Notes: generated from the sequence alone by a model not told the origin. Shown: positions 8,760-18,894, numbered from the stretch's first letter. The stretch: 64,000 nt of DNA from an uncultured Woeseiaceae bacterium (GCA_964568835.1 CAZMRZ010000003.1:35651-99650), one strand, 5' to 3'. Translations and numbers: made by a program.

Positions 8760-10372
8760 TGAGCTCCGATATACCACGTTACGATGTCGCAATTATTGGG
8801 GCTGGTGTGAACGGCGCGGGAATCGCTCGCGATGCAGCGCTACGCGGCTTGCGCGTCGTCATCCTCGATAAGAACGACATGTGCAGCGGCACATCGGCAA
8901 TATCGAGTCGTCTGATTCACGGTGGACTTCGCTATCTGGAGTATGCCGAGATACCGCTTGTCTATGAGTCATTGCACGAACGCCGCTACTTGCGGCGCAA
9001 TGCCGAACATCTGGTCAAGCCAATCCGCATCAGTATTCCGATTTTTTCCGGCGCGCGCCGTGGCCCGCTGCTGATTCGACTTGGGATGATTGCCTACGAC
9101 GTTCTGTCCTTCAATAAGAAGTTGCCCGGCCACGAGATGCTGGACCGTGGCGAAATGGAGAAAGAAGAACCGGGCCTCCGCCGGGATGGGCTGCGCGGTG
9201 CTGCTCGATATTTCGACGCTCAGGTAACGTTCGCCGAACGATTGGTGCTGGAAAATCTTTTGGCCGCACGAGCTGCCGGCGCGGATATCAAGACCTACTG
9301 CGAGGTTCGCGAAATTCGGACTTGCGACGGACGGGTAGATTCCATTGTCTTTCGCGATCGAAGCGGGAATGAAAGCGAACTTGGTACGGATTCGCTGGTG
9401 AACGCATCTGGTCCGTGGGTCGACGAAGTGCTGAAAACCGCACCGCATACGCCAAAGCGATTTGTCGGCGGTACGAAGGGCAGCCACATTATTGTCAGTC
9501 GTTTCAAAGGCGCACCCAAAGACGCTTTCTACGTTGAAGCGGCCGCTGATGGTCGTCCCTTCTTCATCATCCCCTGGAATGGTCAGTACCTGATAGGGAC
9601 TACCGATATTCGATACCACGAGTCACTGGACACGATTCGAGCAAGCCGCGTTGAAGTGGACTATCTCATTGAAGAGACAAACCGGGTTTTTCCCGACGCG
9701 GACCTCAGCGTCGATGACATCAATTACGCTTATGCCGGGGTTCGCCCGCTGCCGCATCGCGAGAAAGGTCCGGAGTCCGCGATTACCCGGCGCCATATCA
9801 TCAAGGTCAACCGGAAAATCGCGAAGGGCCTGATTTCCATCATTGGTGGCAAGCTGACAACGTATCGAAATCTCGCGGAACAAACGGTTGATCGTCTGGC
9901 GAAAATATTGCGTCGGAAATTACCCGAATGTCGTACGCGGGAAACACTGCTGCCAGGAGCCTGGGGTGCGGATCGCGCTCGCGAACAAATTGCCGCGTCC
10001 GGATTCATTAGCGAACAAGGTGGCGAAAGGTTGCTGTCTATCTATGGCGGCCGAGCTGCCGGTATTATCGAACTGGCGATTGCTGACGAGGCTCTGCAGG
10101 CTTCGCTCGATGAAGAGGGCCTTCATCTGGCTGCCGAAGTGGTATTTGTTGTACGGGAAGAGTTTGCGACAACACTTGCAGATATCGTATTCAGGCGAAT
10201 GATGACGGGACTCGATGCTGATCAGGGGCGACCGCTTTATGATGCGATTGCTGCGATAGCGGCGACCGAGTTGGGCTGGTCGTCTCAGGTGCTGCAAATG
10301 GAGTTGGGCGAATTACGTGCTTACGCAGATTCTCTGCGTGTATCAAAGAGCGCGCAGGCCGGTATTTCCTAA
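8759..10372 (+). CDS. FAD-dependent glycerol-3-phosphate dehydrogenase/oxidase-like protein (GlpD family)
   Basis: The ATG overlaps the proA stop (TGATG). YDVAIIGAGVNGAGIARDAALRG dinucleotide fold and SGTSAISSRLIHGGLRYLE are typical of GlpD/GlpO. Confidence 0.8.
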   Translation: MSSDIPRYDVAIIGAGVNGAGIARDAALRGLRVVILDKNDMCSGTSAISSRLIHGGLRYLEYAEIPLVYESLHERRYLRRNAEHLVKPIRISIPIFSGARRGPLLIRLGMIAYDVLSFNKKLPGHEMLDRGEMEKEEPGLRRDGLRGAARYFDAQVTFAERLVLENLLAARAAGADIKTYCEVREIRTCDGRVDSIVFRDRSGNESELGTDSLVNASGPWVDEVLKTAPHTPKRFVGGTKGSHIIVSRFKGAPKDAFYVEAAADGRPFFIIPWNGQYLIGTTDIRYHESLDTIRASRVEVDYLIEETNRVFPDADLSVDDINYAYAGVRPLPHREKGPESAITRRHIIKVNRKIAKGLISIIGGKLTTYRNLAEQTVDRLAKILRRKLPECRTRETLLPGAWGADRAREQIAASGFISEQGGERLLSIYGGRAAGIIELAIADEALQASLDEEGLHLAAEVVFVVREEFATTLADIVFRRMMTGLDADQGRPLYDAIAAIAATELGWSSQVLQMELGELRAYADSLRVSKSAQAGIS

Positions 10373-10383
10373 AAGAGTTTCCA

Positions 10384-12621
10384 ATGTTCATGAACAGACT
10401 CACTTACATTTCGGTTGCAGTGCTTTGCATCTGCGCGACCCTCGCGGGGCCGTCGGCCAGCGCTGATGATGCCACTACGGGCGATTCTCCGGAGCGGCTG
10501 CGCGTCGGATTGGTACTCGGTGGCGGCGGTGCGAGGGGCGCGGCTCATATCGGCGTACTCAAGGAGCTGGAGCGCCTGCGCATTCCCATCGACGCTATCG
10601 CCGGGACCAGTATGGGCGCCGTCGTGGGCGGCTTGTACGCGACCGGTATCAACGCAGAAGAGCTTGAGTCGCTTGTGAGTTCTCTCGATTGGAATGCGGC
10701 GCTCTCGGATACGCCGGAACGCGAAGACCTGAGTTTTCGCCGCAAGCAGGACGAACGCGAATTCCCCATTAATTTCGAATTGGGTGTTCGCGACGCCGAG
10801 TTGATTCTACCCAAAGGCGTTATACAGGGTCAAAAACTGGATCTGCTGCTGCGTGAATTGACTCTGCGGGCATCGCATATCACCGACTTCGACGATTTGC
10901 CGATCCCGTTTCGAGCGATTGCGTCAGATATCGTTGCCGGCGAAGCGGTCGTTCTGGCCAGCGGTGATTTGACCGAGTCGATTCGCGCGAGTATGTCGGT
11001 CCCCGCAGTGTTTGCGCCTGCACGCGTCGATGGTCGACTGCTGGTTGACGGCGGACTGATCGGCAACCTGCCCATTGACGTCATGAAAGCGATGGGTGTC
11101 GATGTTGTCATTGCTGTCGACGTTGAGTTTCCGCTCTACAAATCGGAAGAGCTCGGTTCCGTCCTGACGATATCGGAACAGATGCTGACCATTCTGATTC
11201 GTAAGGAGACTTTGCGGCAAATCGATACATTGAACGAATCCGATATTCTCATCAGACCTGAACTCGGTATTTACGCTTCAACGAATTTTGCTGACATCGT
11301 CGAAACGATCGAACCGGGTCAACAAGCCGCATTGGCGCAGTCCGGAAAATTACAAAAACTGTCCTTACCCGAGACGGATTGGGCTCAACATGTGGCGCAA
11401 CGGACAATGGATTTCAATGATCAGGAGCTGCTGGCTTTTGTTCGGGTCGTTCATGATGGCAAGCTTGCTCCCGAAGTTCTGGAATCTCGGCTGAGCGTTG
11501 AGGCCGGGGACCCGATCAATACACGTCTACTGGCAGAGAACGCGAATCGGCTTTATGGCCTTCAGCTGTATGAGCACGTCGGCTACCGGCTGATCGACGA
11601 GGGCGATGGTACGGGCGTCGAGTATCGGGCTGTCGCGAAGAGCTGGGGACCGAATTTCTTGCAGTTCGGGGTTTCACTCGAGGATGACTTCGAGGGCTCT
11701 ACCGGCTTCAATCTGTCTGTTCGCATGACGCGCGCCGGTCTAAACAGGCTCGGGGCGGAGTGGCGGACCGACTTGCAACTGGGTACGGATCCCGCGTTGC
11801 TAACTGAGTTCTACCAGCCGCTGAGCTTCGACTCCAGAGTATTCATCGCGCCGCGTCTGGAAGTCCGGCAATCCAATCTAAACGCCTTCTCGATGAACGA
11901 CACGATCGCGCGTTATCGGGTGTCCGAAGGGGACCTGAGTCTCGACTTCGGACGGGAACTCGGTACGGTTGGCGAGTTTCGAGTTGGTGTGTATCGCGGC
12001 TTGGGCGATGCTCGCGTGAAGGTGGGTGATCCGAGTTTGCCGAACATCGACTTCGAGACAGGCGGTGCTTTCGCCAGATTCCGATTCGACTCCATGGACA
12101 ATTCGCGTTTTCCGCGAGAGGGCATGCTGGCTGAGATCCTCTGGAATCTGTCACGCCCAGGATTAGGTGCCGACGACAATTTCGATACGATTGAGGGTGA
12201 CTTCTCCAAAACCTGGAGTCGGGGCAAGAACAGTCTGCAATTGGGATTGAATTACGCCACCACACTCGATTCCCATAATAGCGTGCAAGACTACTTTCCC
12301 TTGGGCGGCTTCTTGAGACTGTCGGGGCTGGAGCGCGGTGAAATCGCCGGGCCGCATGCCGCTTTGACGAGGCTCGTCTATTATCGGCGAGTCGGAGATA
12401 CCACGGGTGGCGTTTTCGAAACGCCGATCTATCTTGGCTTTTCGGTCGAGGCCGGAAACGTCTGGCAGACCCGATCTGAAATAGACTTCGATTCAATGCA
12501 AGTAAACGGCAGTTTGTTTGCCGGACTGGATACCTATTTCGGACCCGTTTATCTCGCCGCGGGATTCGCTGAGCGCGGTCATACGAATTTCTACCTGTTT
12601 ATTGGCGCGCCGCCGCGGTAG
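10384..12621 (+). CDS. Patatin-like phospholipase fused to a POTRA/Omp85-type beta-barrel (PlpD-like, type Vd secretion architecture)
   Basis: Signal peptide present. Patatin motifs GGGGARG, GTSMG (nucleophile elbow) and VDGGL (catalytic Asp). The long C-terminal region ends in an aromatic-rich beta-barrel-like sequence (...NFYLFIGAPPR). Confidence 0.8.
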   Translation: MFMNRLTYISVAVLCICATLAGPSASADDATTGDSPERLRVGLVLGGGGARGAAHIGVLKELERLRIPIDAIAGTSMGAVVGGLYATGINAEELESLVSSLDWNAALSDTPEREDLSFRRKQDEREFPINFELGVRDAELILPKGVIQGQKLDLLLRELTLRASHITDFDDLPIPFRAIASDIVAGEAVVLASGDLTESIRASMSVPAVFAPARVDGRLLVDGGLIGNLPIDVMKAMGVDVVIAVDVEFPLYKSEELGSVLTISEQMLTILIRKETLRQIDTLNESDILIRPELGIYASTNFADIVETIEPGQQAALAQSGKLQKLSLPETDWAQHVAQRTMDFNDQELLAFVRVVHDGKLAPEVLESRLSVEAGDPINTRLLAENANRLYGLQLYEHVGYRLIDEGDGTGVEYRAVAKSWGPNFLQFGVSLEDDFEGSTGFNLSVRMTRAGLNRLGAEWRTDLQLGTDPALLTEFYQPLSFDSRVFIAPRLEVRQSNLNAFSMNDTIARYRVSEGDLSLDFGRELGTVGEFRVGVYRGLGDARVKVGDPSLPNIDFETGGAFARFRFDSMDNSRFPREGMLAEILWNLSRPGLGADDNFDTIEGDFSKTWSRGKNSLQLGLNYATTLDSHNSVQDYFPLGGFLRLSGLERGEIAGPHAALTRLVYYRRVGDTTGGVFETPIYLGFSVEAGNVWQTRSEIDFDSMQVNGSLFAGLDTYFGPVYLAAGFAERGHTNFYLFIGAPPR

Positions 12622-12626
12622 AAGAC

Positions 12627-12929
12627 TTAGCGAGTGATTTTTTCCAGAATCTGAGTGGGTGAATCGGTATCGCGATAGTAGCCATGCCGAGTCGCCATTT
12701 TGTCGAACGCTGCATCACGTTCCGCTTCGCTTGGATACCAATGGTGTCGTTCCCAGTCGTCACCAAGTACATTCCTTAATGTGTCCCCGATCGGCAATGA
12801 AACTCGAATACCGTAGCCTCGCTTCTGGTTGGCGATCGATTGATCGACCAAATTGTGTTGGTGGCAATATTCCACTGCTATTCCTCGTAGTCCTGGCGTG
12901 CGTGCGGTGCGAGTATACCGAATCTTCAA
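12627..12929 (-). CDS. Small hypothetical protein (100 aa)
   Basis: Clean ORF, divergent from the giant NTPase gene. The sequence (..GYGIRVSLPIGD..WERHHWYPSEAERDAAFDKM..) looks like a real folded protein, but I cannot name the family. Confidence 0.55.
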   Translation of the reverse strand: MKIRYTRTARTPGLRGIAVEYCHQHNLVDQSIANQKRGYGIRVSLPIGDTLRNVLGDDWERHHWYPSEAERDAAFDKMATRHGYYRDTDSPTQILEKITR

Positions 12930-13040
12930 CGGTCTGAGACATCTTCGCGAGTAAGGGTTTACTTATGATCTTTCGATTTTACACTGGCAGTCGTCCTCGA
13001 TTTTGCAGAGAATACACAATCCTTATAGACGGGAAGTGGT

Positions 13041-16000
13041 GTGGCCGGCGATTCCACCGATAAAGATACGGAAGCAACGGGCGAGTTCTTCAGCGTCGGC
13101 GTGCCATTGCACGCGGTTCGTGCCGGTTATATCCGGCGTCGTGCGGACGAACAGCTATACAACGCTGTTGTTGCCGGTCGATATGCCCACGTCTTAGCAC
13201 CCGATCGAAGCGGAAAGTCGAGCTTAATCGCCGCCACAACGGCTCGCCTGGAAAGCAAGGGTTTCAAAGTCGCCATTCTCGATCTCGCGCAGATCGGTGA
13301 TCGGGACGGCGGCACTGATTCCGGACGGTGGTATTACAGCGTCGCCTATCGTCTCTTGCGGCAGCTGCGTATTCGCTACGACCTGCAATCCTGGTGGCAG
13401 GACAAGACTGTTCTTAGCAACCGCCAAAGGCTTTTCGAATTTTATTCAGAAGTTTTGCTGCAGCACGTCTCCGAGCCTATCGTCATATTCGTTGACGAGA
13501 TTCAATGTATTGAGGACCTGCCGTACGCGGACGAATTGCTGACGAGTATTCGCGCTGCCCATAACGCCCGAACAACGGATCCCGATTTTTCGAGGTTGAG
13601 TTTCGTACTGCTGGGCGAGTGCGATCCGGTCAGCTTGATGCAAGAGGCTGAACTCTCTCCGTTCAATGTTACGCAGCAAGTCCTGCTTGACGACTTTTCG
13701 CGCTCCGATCTGGATCTGTTTGCCACCGAGTTGAACCTCGAACACGATGACGCCGTTGTCGCGCTGGACCGCATTTACTACTGGACGAAAGGGCAGCCGT
13801 ACTTGAGCCAGAAGTTGGCACGTGCGGTCGCTCGGGATGCGGCCGGCGAGAATATCGAAGAGCGAGTCGATCGAATCGCGACCCGGGAGATCGCGGGCCG
13901 AGCTGCGCTTCACAGCGAACCACATATGAGCCATATCCATCGCTTAATAGTGAACGACAAGAAGCGCTGCGAACCGCTGCTGAATCTCTACGGAAAAATT
14001 CGCAAAGGCATTGAGGTTCCGGCCGACCTCGGTTCGCCGCTTCAGAGGCGACTGATGGCGCTTGGCTTGCTGGTCATCGATGAGGACAGCAACGTCGGCA
14101 TTCGTAATCGTTTATACGAACTGGTTTTTACCGCTCGCTGGGCAAACGAAAACCTGCCGACGTATTTCAAGGTTCCCGCGATGGTTGCCGCCGTCCTTTT
14201 GCTATTTATGATGATTCCGTTTTGGTACACGCAATGGCTGCCGGGTCCGTACGCCCGAACACTGGCTGCCGACGATACAGAACTGTCAGTAGCGACGAGT
14301 GCCTACGAAAATTTTCGATCGTTCCCGGGTCACGCGGACACAGCGGAAAATCTCTATCGCAGATTCCTGGAGCGCCGGGCGCTAGCCTCAAATGAAGAAA
14401 TGGAAATTCGTCAATTGGCAACGCTGGTGGCGGATCTACCGAACGCCGGTCGATTGGCGGAGGAGTTCGAAGCGGGTTTTTGGGAACGAAAAGCCAGTTT
14501 GGCCTTACGCCAGGAGAATCGAGACGATGCTTTGCTGGCAAAAATACAGTCGTTCGTTTTGCCAACAACAGTGCGCCGGCAACGAGCGGCGGCGCTTGTC
14601 AGCGATGATTATCCCTATCTGCTGGCCACGTTACCGGCGATTCCGGCCGGCACAACGGTTTTCGATCCTGTCGGTATGATCCTGACGACCGCAAGGGGCG
14701 CGGAGATTTTCCAGTTCTCGTTCACACCTCAGGGCGTCCAACGTCGAGAACCATGGACAGTTACGGCGCTTGAAGTGAATCCGCTGGTTCGCAGGGTCAT
14801 TGTCGATCGCGAAGGATCTGTCGGTCGTATCGGCCTGACGCTGAATATCAGTCATTCCCGACTTTCCGATTTGCGTATCAAGATAATCGCTCCCTCCGGT
14901 CGCGCTGTTGAGATCGAGACCGGGATTGAAAGAGCATCAAGCAACGACGATATCCGGATATCGGCTCAACAACTGCGGAACCTGATCGGCGAGTCGCTGA
15001 GCGGAACCTGGAGTATCAGCGTTCGTGACGAGGCCCTCGGCGTCGCAGGACAGCTGGTTGGCTGGAATCTCAAACTCAATTCTCAGGGTGCGATCGAGTA
15101 TTTTCAGCGAGGCCTTAACATTCCGGACCCGGCTGAACGTGAAACGGACAACATCTGGTTCGACTCTTCGGGCCGATACGCTGTAGCACGCGCAACGCAA
15201 AGTGATAGCGTCCGAGTTTGGGATCTGAGTTTCGCCGATCCCGTCCGCGCGATTGCACTTCCGGAGAGTGAAGTTCTAATCGGTCTGAATGCCACGGCAC
15301 GGCGGTTGGTCACTGCAACACAGGACAGAATAAACCTCTGGGATACAGCGACAGGCGACCGCGTCATGACTCTCCCCGTTGGTGTCGGTAGTAATACAGC
15401 GGCTCTGACTCCGGATCGAACGCACTTGTTTGTCGAGCGTCGAGGCGACATCGAGAGTCGTCTGCAATTGTGGAATCTGGAAGATGGGAATATCGCCGCT
15501 GAGGTTGTTGTTGCCGGTGTACCCGCGCTCGTTGCGATTGACGCTGCCGGTTCCAGGGTCGCAATAGCGGATTTCGACCGGGCTGTCCGAATCTGGGATT
15601 TTCAGAGCGCTGAGTTGCTGGGTCAGTTTGACCTGCCAGCACAACCGGGCACGATTCGCCTGTCGGCTGATGGGTCTACTTTGGGCGTCATATACCCCGA
15701 CACAGGCCTGTCCCTGTGGAACGTGAGCAGACCGGAGGAGCCGATGCATCAGCAACTTGGCGCCGGAGACTGGCAGATCGCTTTCTCGCCGTCGGGAAAT
15801 CGGGTTGCAGCCGGCCGTCCCGACACTGGATTCAGAGTTCTTAGCAGTGTTGACGGCATGCTGGTTGGTCCTTCGCTGGGTGTTCGAAGTGACGGTCCGC
15901 CGGAGGGTTTGCTGGCCTTTAGCCAGGATGAACAGGTGCTATTGACCGGTGCCGCTGATGACAAACCGAGAATCTGGCGTGTTCCGACTCTGAGTGCCGC

Positions 16001-17039
16001 GAACAGCCCCACGGCGCAACCCGCTGGCCATAAGATTTGGAGCGCGTCCGCCAATCGCACCGTCGTTGCGGCGCCGGACGGTCGATTTATTGCGATCGGC
16101 GATCCCGCCGGACATGTTCATATTGTTCCGAGTGATGCGACGCTGGCTGACGTCACTGAAATGAGTGAAGACGTCAGTTTTGTCGGTCATAACAGTGAAG
16201 TTACGCTCATCAGTATCGACGCGTCCGGCTCCCTCGCGGCCAGCGTGGCCACGGATAATTCGTTGCGGCTATGGACGACAAGCAACGGAGAACCACGACC
16301 ATACGTCGTCGAGATATCCGGTCCACCCGTATCGCATCTCGAATTTTCGCTCGATGGTGGTTTTATCGGCGTACTCAACGGAAGTCGAGTCCACGTGATA
16401 AAGGTCGACGACGGCCGCATTGTCGCGGAACACGATGCGGGGTCTCCGATCAGCGGCATCACATTCGCTGCGGAGAATAGCCTCTATCTGGGCGGCGACA
16501 ACGGCAGCCTGCAATTGCTGGCGCGTGGCGACGACGAAAACTGGAGTGCGCAGCAAGTTTGGCAGGGTCAGGATGGCATCCGTCTATTGCGCGCCTCGCC
16601 CAAAGGAGACTTTCTGGTTTTGGTTGACCAGACTAATACGGCCAGTCAATTCAAGCTCTCCGACGGCCAGATTGGCGACGCGATCTTGCAACTGCCATCC
16701 GACGTTTACGAGCTCGCCTTCGATACGACGGGTACACGGGCCTATTTTAGAACTGCGCGTTGGGTCCATCGAGCCAGTTCTTCCGTCTCAGGCCTGAACT
16801 GGATGGACGCGATTTTTGTTTCCCCGGCACTTGACGGTGCAGGCATTGTTCACGGCAACGGAACAGCGGATACGAATGCGAGGCGCAAAATGTATTTGCC
16901 GACCGCCAAGAATGGCTATCTCGAGCTTGAAGAGCTGAAATTTGGTGGCTCATCGTCGACAGGGCTTTTCGGCAACAAAGACAAGCTGTTGCAGGAGTGG
17001 CGCGAACGACTCAGCGCAGTTCCCCTCGAAGGGTCCTGA
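13041..17039 (+). CDS. Giant multidomain protein: N-terminal AAA_35-like (STAND-type) NTPase, single TM helix, proprotein-convertase P-domain, C-terminal WD40-like repeats
   Basis: GTG start after GGGAAG. N-terminus FFSVGVPLHAVRAGYIRRRADEQLYNAV...APDRSGKSSL (Walker A), IVIFVDEIQ (Walker B) and YWTKGQPYLSQKL, as I recall for the AAA_35 family. Hydrophobic helix VPAMVAAVLLLFMMIPFWYTQWL (about nt 14170..14235). P-domain-like GLTLNISHSRLSDLRIKIIAPSGRAVEI...SGTWSISVRDEALGVAGQLVGWNLKL (about nt 14800..15085). Repeated VRVWD, INLWD, LQLWN, VRIWD, LSLWN, PRIWR and LRLWT blades. Confidence 0.8.
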   Translation: MAGDSTDKDTEATGEFFSVGVPLHAVRAGYIRRRADEQLYNAVVAGRYAHVLAPDRSGKSSLIAATTARLESKGFKVAILDLAQIGDRDGGTDSGRWYYSVAYRLLRQLRIRYDLQSWWQDKTVLSNRQRLFEFYSEVLLQHVSEPIVIFVDEIQCIEDLPYADELLTSIRAAHNARTTDPDFSRLSFVLLGECDPVSLMQEAELSPFNVTQQVLLDDFSRSDLDLFATELNLEHDDAVVALDRIYYWTKGQPYLSQKLARAVARDAAGENIEERVDRIATREIAGRAALHSEPHMSHIHRLIVNDKKRCEPLLNLYGKIRKGIEVPADLGSPLQRRLMALGLLVIDEDSNVGIRNRLYELVFTARWANENLPTYFKVPAMVAAVLLLFMMIPFWYTQWLPGPYARTLAADDTELSVATSAYENFRSFPGHADTAENLYRRFLERRALASNEEMEIRQLATLVADLPNAGRLAEEFEAGFWERKASLALRQENRDDALLAKIQSFVLPTTVRRQRAAALVSDDYPYLLATLPAIPAGTTVFDPVGMILTTARGAEIFQFSFTPQGVQRREPWTVTALEVNPLVRRVIVDREGSVGRIGLTLNISHSRLSDLRIKIIAPSGRAVEIETGIERASSNDDIRISAQQLRNLIGESLSGTWSISVRDEALGVAGQLVGWNLKLNSQGAIEYFQRGLNIPDPAERETDNIWFDSSGRYAVARATQSDSVRVWDLSFADPVRAIALPESEVLIGLNATARRLVTATQDRINLWDTATGDRVMTLPVGVGSNTAALTPDRTHLFVERRGDIESRLQLWNLEDGNIAAEVVVAGVPALVAIDAAGSRVAIADFDRAVRIWDFQSAELLGQFDLPAQPGTIRLSADGSTLGVIYPDTGLSLWNVSRPEEPMHQQLGAGDWQIAFSPSGNRVAAGRPDTGFRVLSSVDGMLVGPSLGVRSDGPPEGLLAFSQDEQVLLTGAADDKPRIWRVPTLSAANSPTAQPAGHKIWSASANRTVVAAPDGRFIAIGDPAGHVHIVPSDATLADVTEMSEDVSFVGHNSEVTLISIDASGSLAASVATDNSLRLWTTSNGEPRPYVVEISGPPVSHLEFSLDGGFIGVLNGSRVHVIKVDDGRIVAEHDAGSPISGITFAAENSLYLGGDNGSLQLLARGDDENWSAQQVWQGQDGIRLLRASPKGDFLVLVDQTNTASQFKLSDGQIGDAILQLPSDVYELAFDTTGTRAYFRTARWVHRASSSVSGLNWMDAIFVSPALDGAGIVHGNGTADTNARRKMYLPTAKNGYLELEELKFGGSSSTGLFGNKDKLLQEWRERLSAVPLEGS

Positions 17040-18894
17040 CGAGTAATTCCAGCCGCTCCGCGGTGGCGTCGGCGGGTGGGACCGCCTCGCCAATGACAAT
17101 CGGCACCTTGGCGAAAAGACGCCCGGGGATTTTACGAATTCCGCCGCCTTTGCGCCGGCTGAACCAGCTGCCCCACAAACGCCCCAAGGCAACAGGAATG
17201 ACGGGTACTGGTCGTCGCGCGATGATCTTTTCGATCCCGGGCCTGAAGCGCTGTACTTCGCCGTCGGGCGTCAAACCACCTTCCGGGAAAATACAGACGA
17301 TATTGCCCGCCGCTAGTTCGGCATCGACTTTTTCGAAGGCTTCGTTCATTAGATCCTCGTCCTCAGCTTTGGAGGCGATCGGGATCGCCTTCGCATTGCG
17401 AAACAGAAAGCTGAGAAACGGCATCTGAAAAATCTTGTAATACATGACAAAACGCATCGGTCGTGCGACCGAGCCGCCAAGAATGATCGGGTCCATGAAA
17501 CTGACGTGATTGCAGACAACGATGGCCGGACCGCTCTTCGGAATGTTGTCGAGGCCGCTGGGTCGAAGTCTGTACACGACGTTGATAACGATCCATGCCA
17601 AGAAACGCATCAGGAATTCTGGCAGCAATGAATATATGTAGATCGCAACAATAGCGTTGAAAACGGCGATGAAGAGAAACAGCTCGGGTATCGAGAAACC
17701 GGACTTGAGAATAATGATACTGACGACTGCCGCGCTGACCATGAGCAGCGAGTTGATGATGTTATTTGCGGCAATGATGCGCGACAAGTGACGGCGCTCG
17801 GAGCGTTTCTGTATCAGAGCATATAGCGGAACGCTGTAAAACCCGCCGAATGCACCCAGTAATGTCAGGTCGGCGAGAATTCGCCAACTGCCGCTGCGGT
17901 TCAGAAATTCGGCGACGGACGAAACAGTGGTAAGCGCCGCTTCAGGTTGTGCGAAATAGAGGTCGACAGCAAACAGGCTCATGCCGATCGAGCCAAACGG
18001 TACGAGTCCAAGCTCGATTCGATGATCGGACATGCGTTCGCAAAGCAACGAACCCAGTCCGACCCCAACGGCAAACGCGACCAGTAAGGCTGTAACAACG
18101 GATTCATTACCGTTGAGAATATCGGCTGCGTAAGCAGGCATCTGAATGGTCATCGCCGAGCCGAAGAACCAGAACCAGGAAATTCCGAGAATCGACAGAA
18201 AAACACTTTTCTCTTCCCGAGCGAAACTGACGATACGCCACGTTTCTTTCCAGGCATTCCAATTGATCGTCAACTCCGGGTCGACCGCTTCCGTTTTAGG
18301 GATCTGTCGACTTGTTAGATAGCCGATGCAGGCGACACCGATAAGCGTCAGCGCCAGAACGGTTTGACGATCTGCCTCATAGTCAACGGCCTCCACGCCG
18401 ATAATCAGGCCGACAATGATCGCAATATAGGTTCCCGACTCGACGAGCGCATTGCCGCCGATCAATTCTTCGGTGCGCAGTTTCTGCGGCAGGTAGGCGT
18501 ATTTTACAGGGCCAAACATGGTTGACTGGCAGCCCATGAGAAACAGTACGAACAGCAGCAATGAGTACTTCTGCGAAAGCAGGGCGATGGCTGCCAGCGT
18601 CATTAACGCTATTTCGAGAAGCTTGATGCGTCGCATCAGCATCGATTTCTCGTACTTGTCCGCCAGTTGACCGGCCGTCGCGGAGAACAGGAAAAAGGGC
18701 AGAATGAACAGGAACGCCGCGACGTTTGCCAGCACCGTATGGTCCATGCTCATTATCTGGACACCCTGAAATGTGATCAGGATCACAAGCCCATTGCGGA
18801 AGATATTGTCGTTTAGGGCGCCAAGGAACTGTGTGCCGAAGAAAGGTGCGAAGCGGCGCTGCTTGAGTAGCGAAAACTGGCTGGATTCTGACAA
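17011..18894 (-). CDS. Lysophospholipid transporter (LplT-type MFS) fused to a PlsC-family acyltransferase
   Basis: 12-TM MFS body, then acyltransferase motifs CNHVSFMDP (HX4D) and IFPEGG. I place the start at in-frame TTG 18894 (MSESSQFSLLKQRRFAPFFGTQFLGA, preceded by AAGGA). The ORF track extends to 19137, which would overlap the divergent lipoprotein gene. Confidence 0.8.
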   Translation of the reverse strand: MSESSQFSLLKQRRFAPFFGTQFLGALNDNIFRNGLVILITFQGVQIMSMDHTVLANVAAFLFILPFFLFSATAGQLADKYEKSMLMRRIKLLEIALMTLAAIALLSQKYSLLLFVLFLMGCQSTMFGPVKYAYLPQKLRTEELIGGNALVESGTYIAIIVGLIIGVEAVDYEADRQTVLALTLIGVACIGYLTSRQIPKTEAVDPELTINWNAWKETWRIVSFAREEKSVFLSILGISWFWFFGSAMTIQMPAYAADILNGNESVVTALLVAFAVGVGLGSLLCERMSDHRIELGLVPFGSIGMSLFAVDLYFAQPEAALTTVSSVAEFLNRSGSWRILADLTLLGAFGGFYSVPLYALIQKRSERRHLSRIIAANNIINSLLMVSAAVVSIIILKSGFSIPELFLFIAVFNAIVAIYIYSLLPEFLMRFLAWIVINVVYRLRPSGLDNIPKSGPAIVVCNHVSFMDPIILGGSVARPMRFVMYYKIFQMPFLSFLFRNAKAIPIASKAEDEDLMNEAFEKVDAELAAGNIVCIFPEGGLTPDGEVQRFRPGIEKIIARRPVPVIPVALGRLWGSWFSRRKGGGIRKIPGRLFAKVPIVIGEAVPPADATAERLELLVRTLRGELR

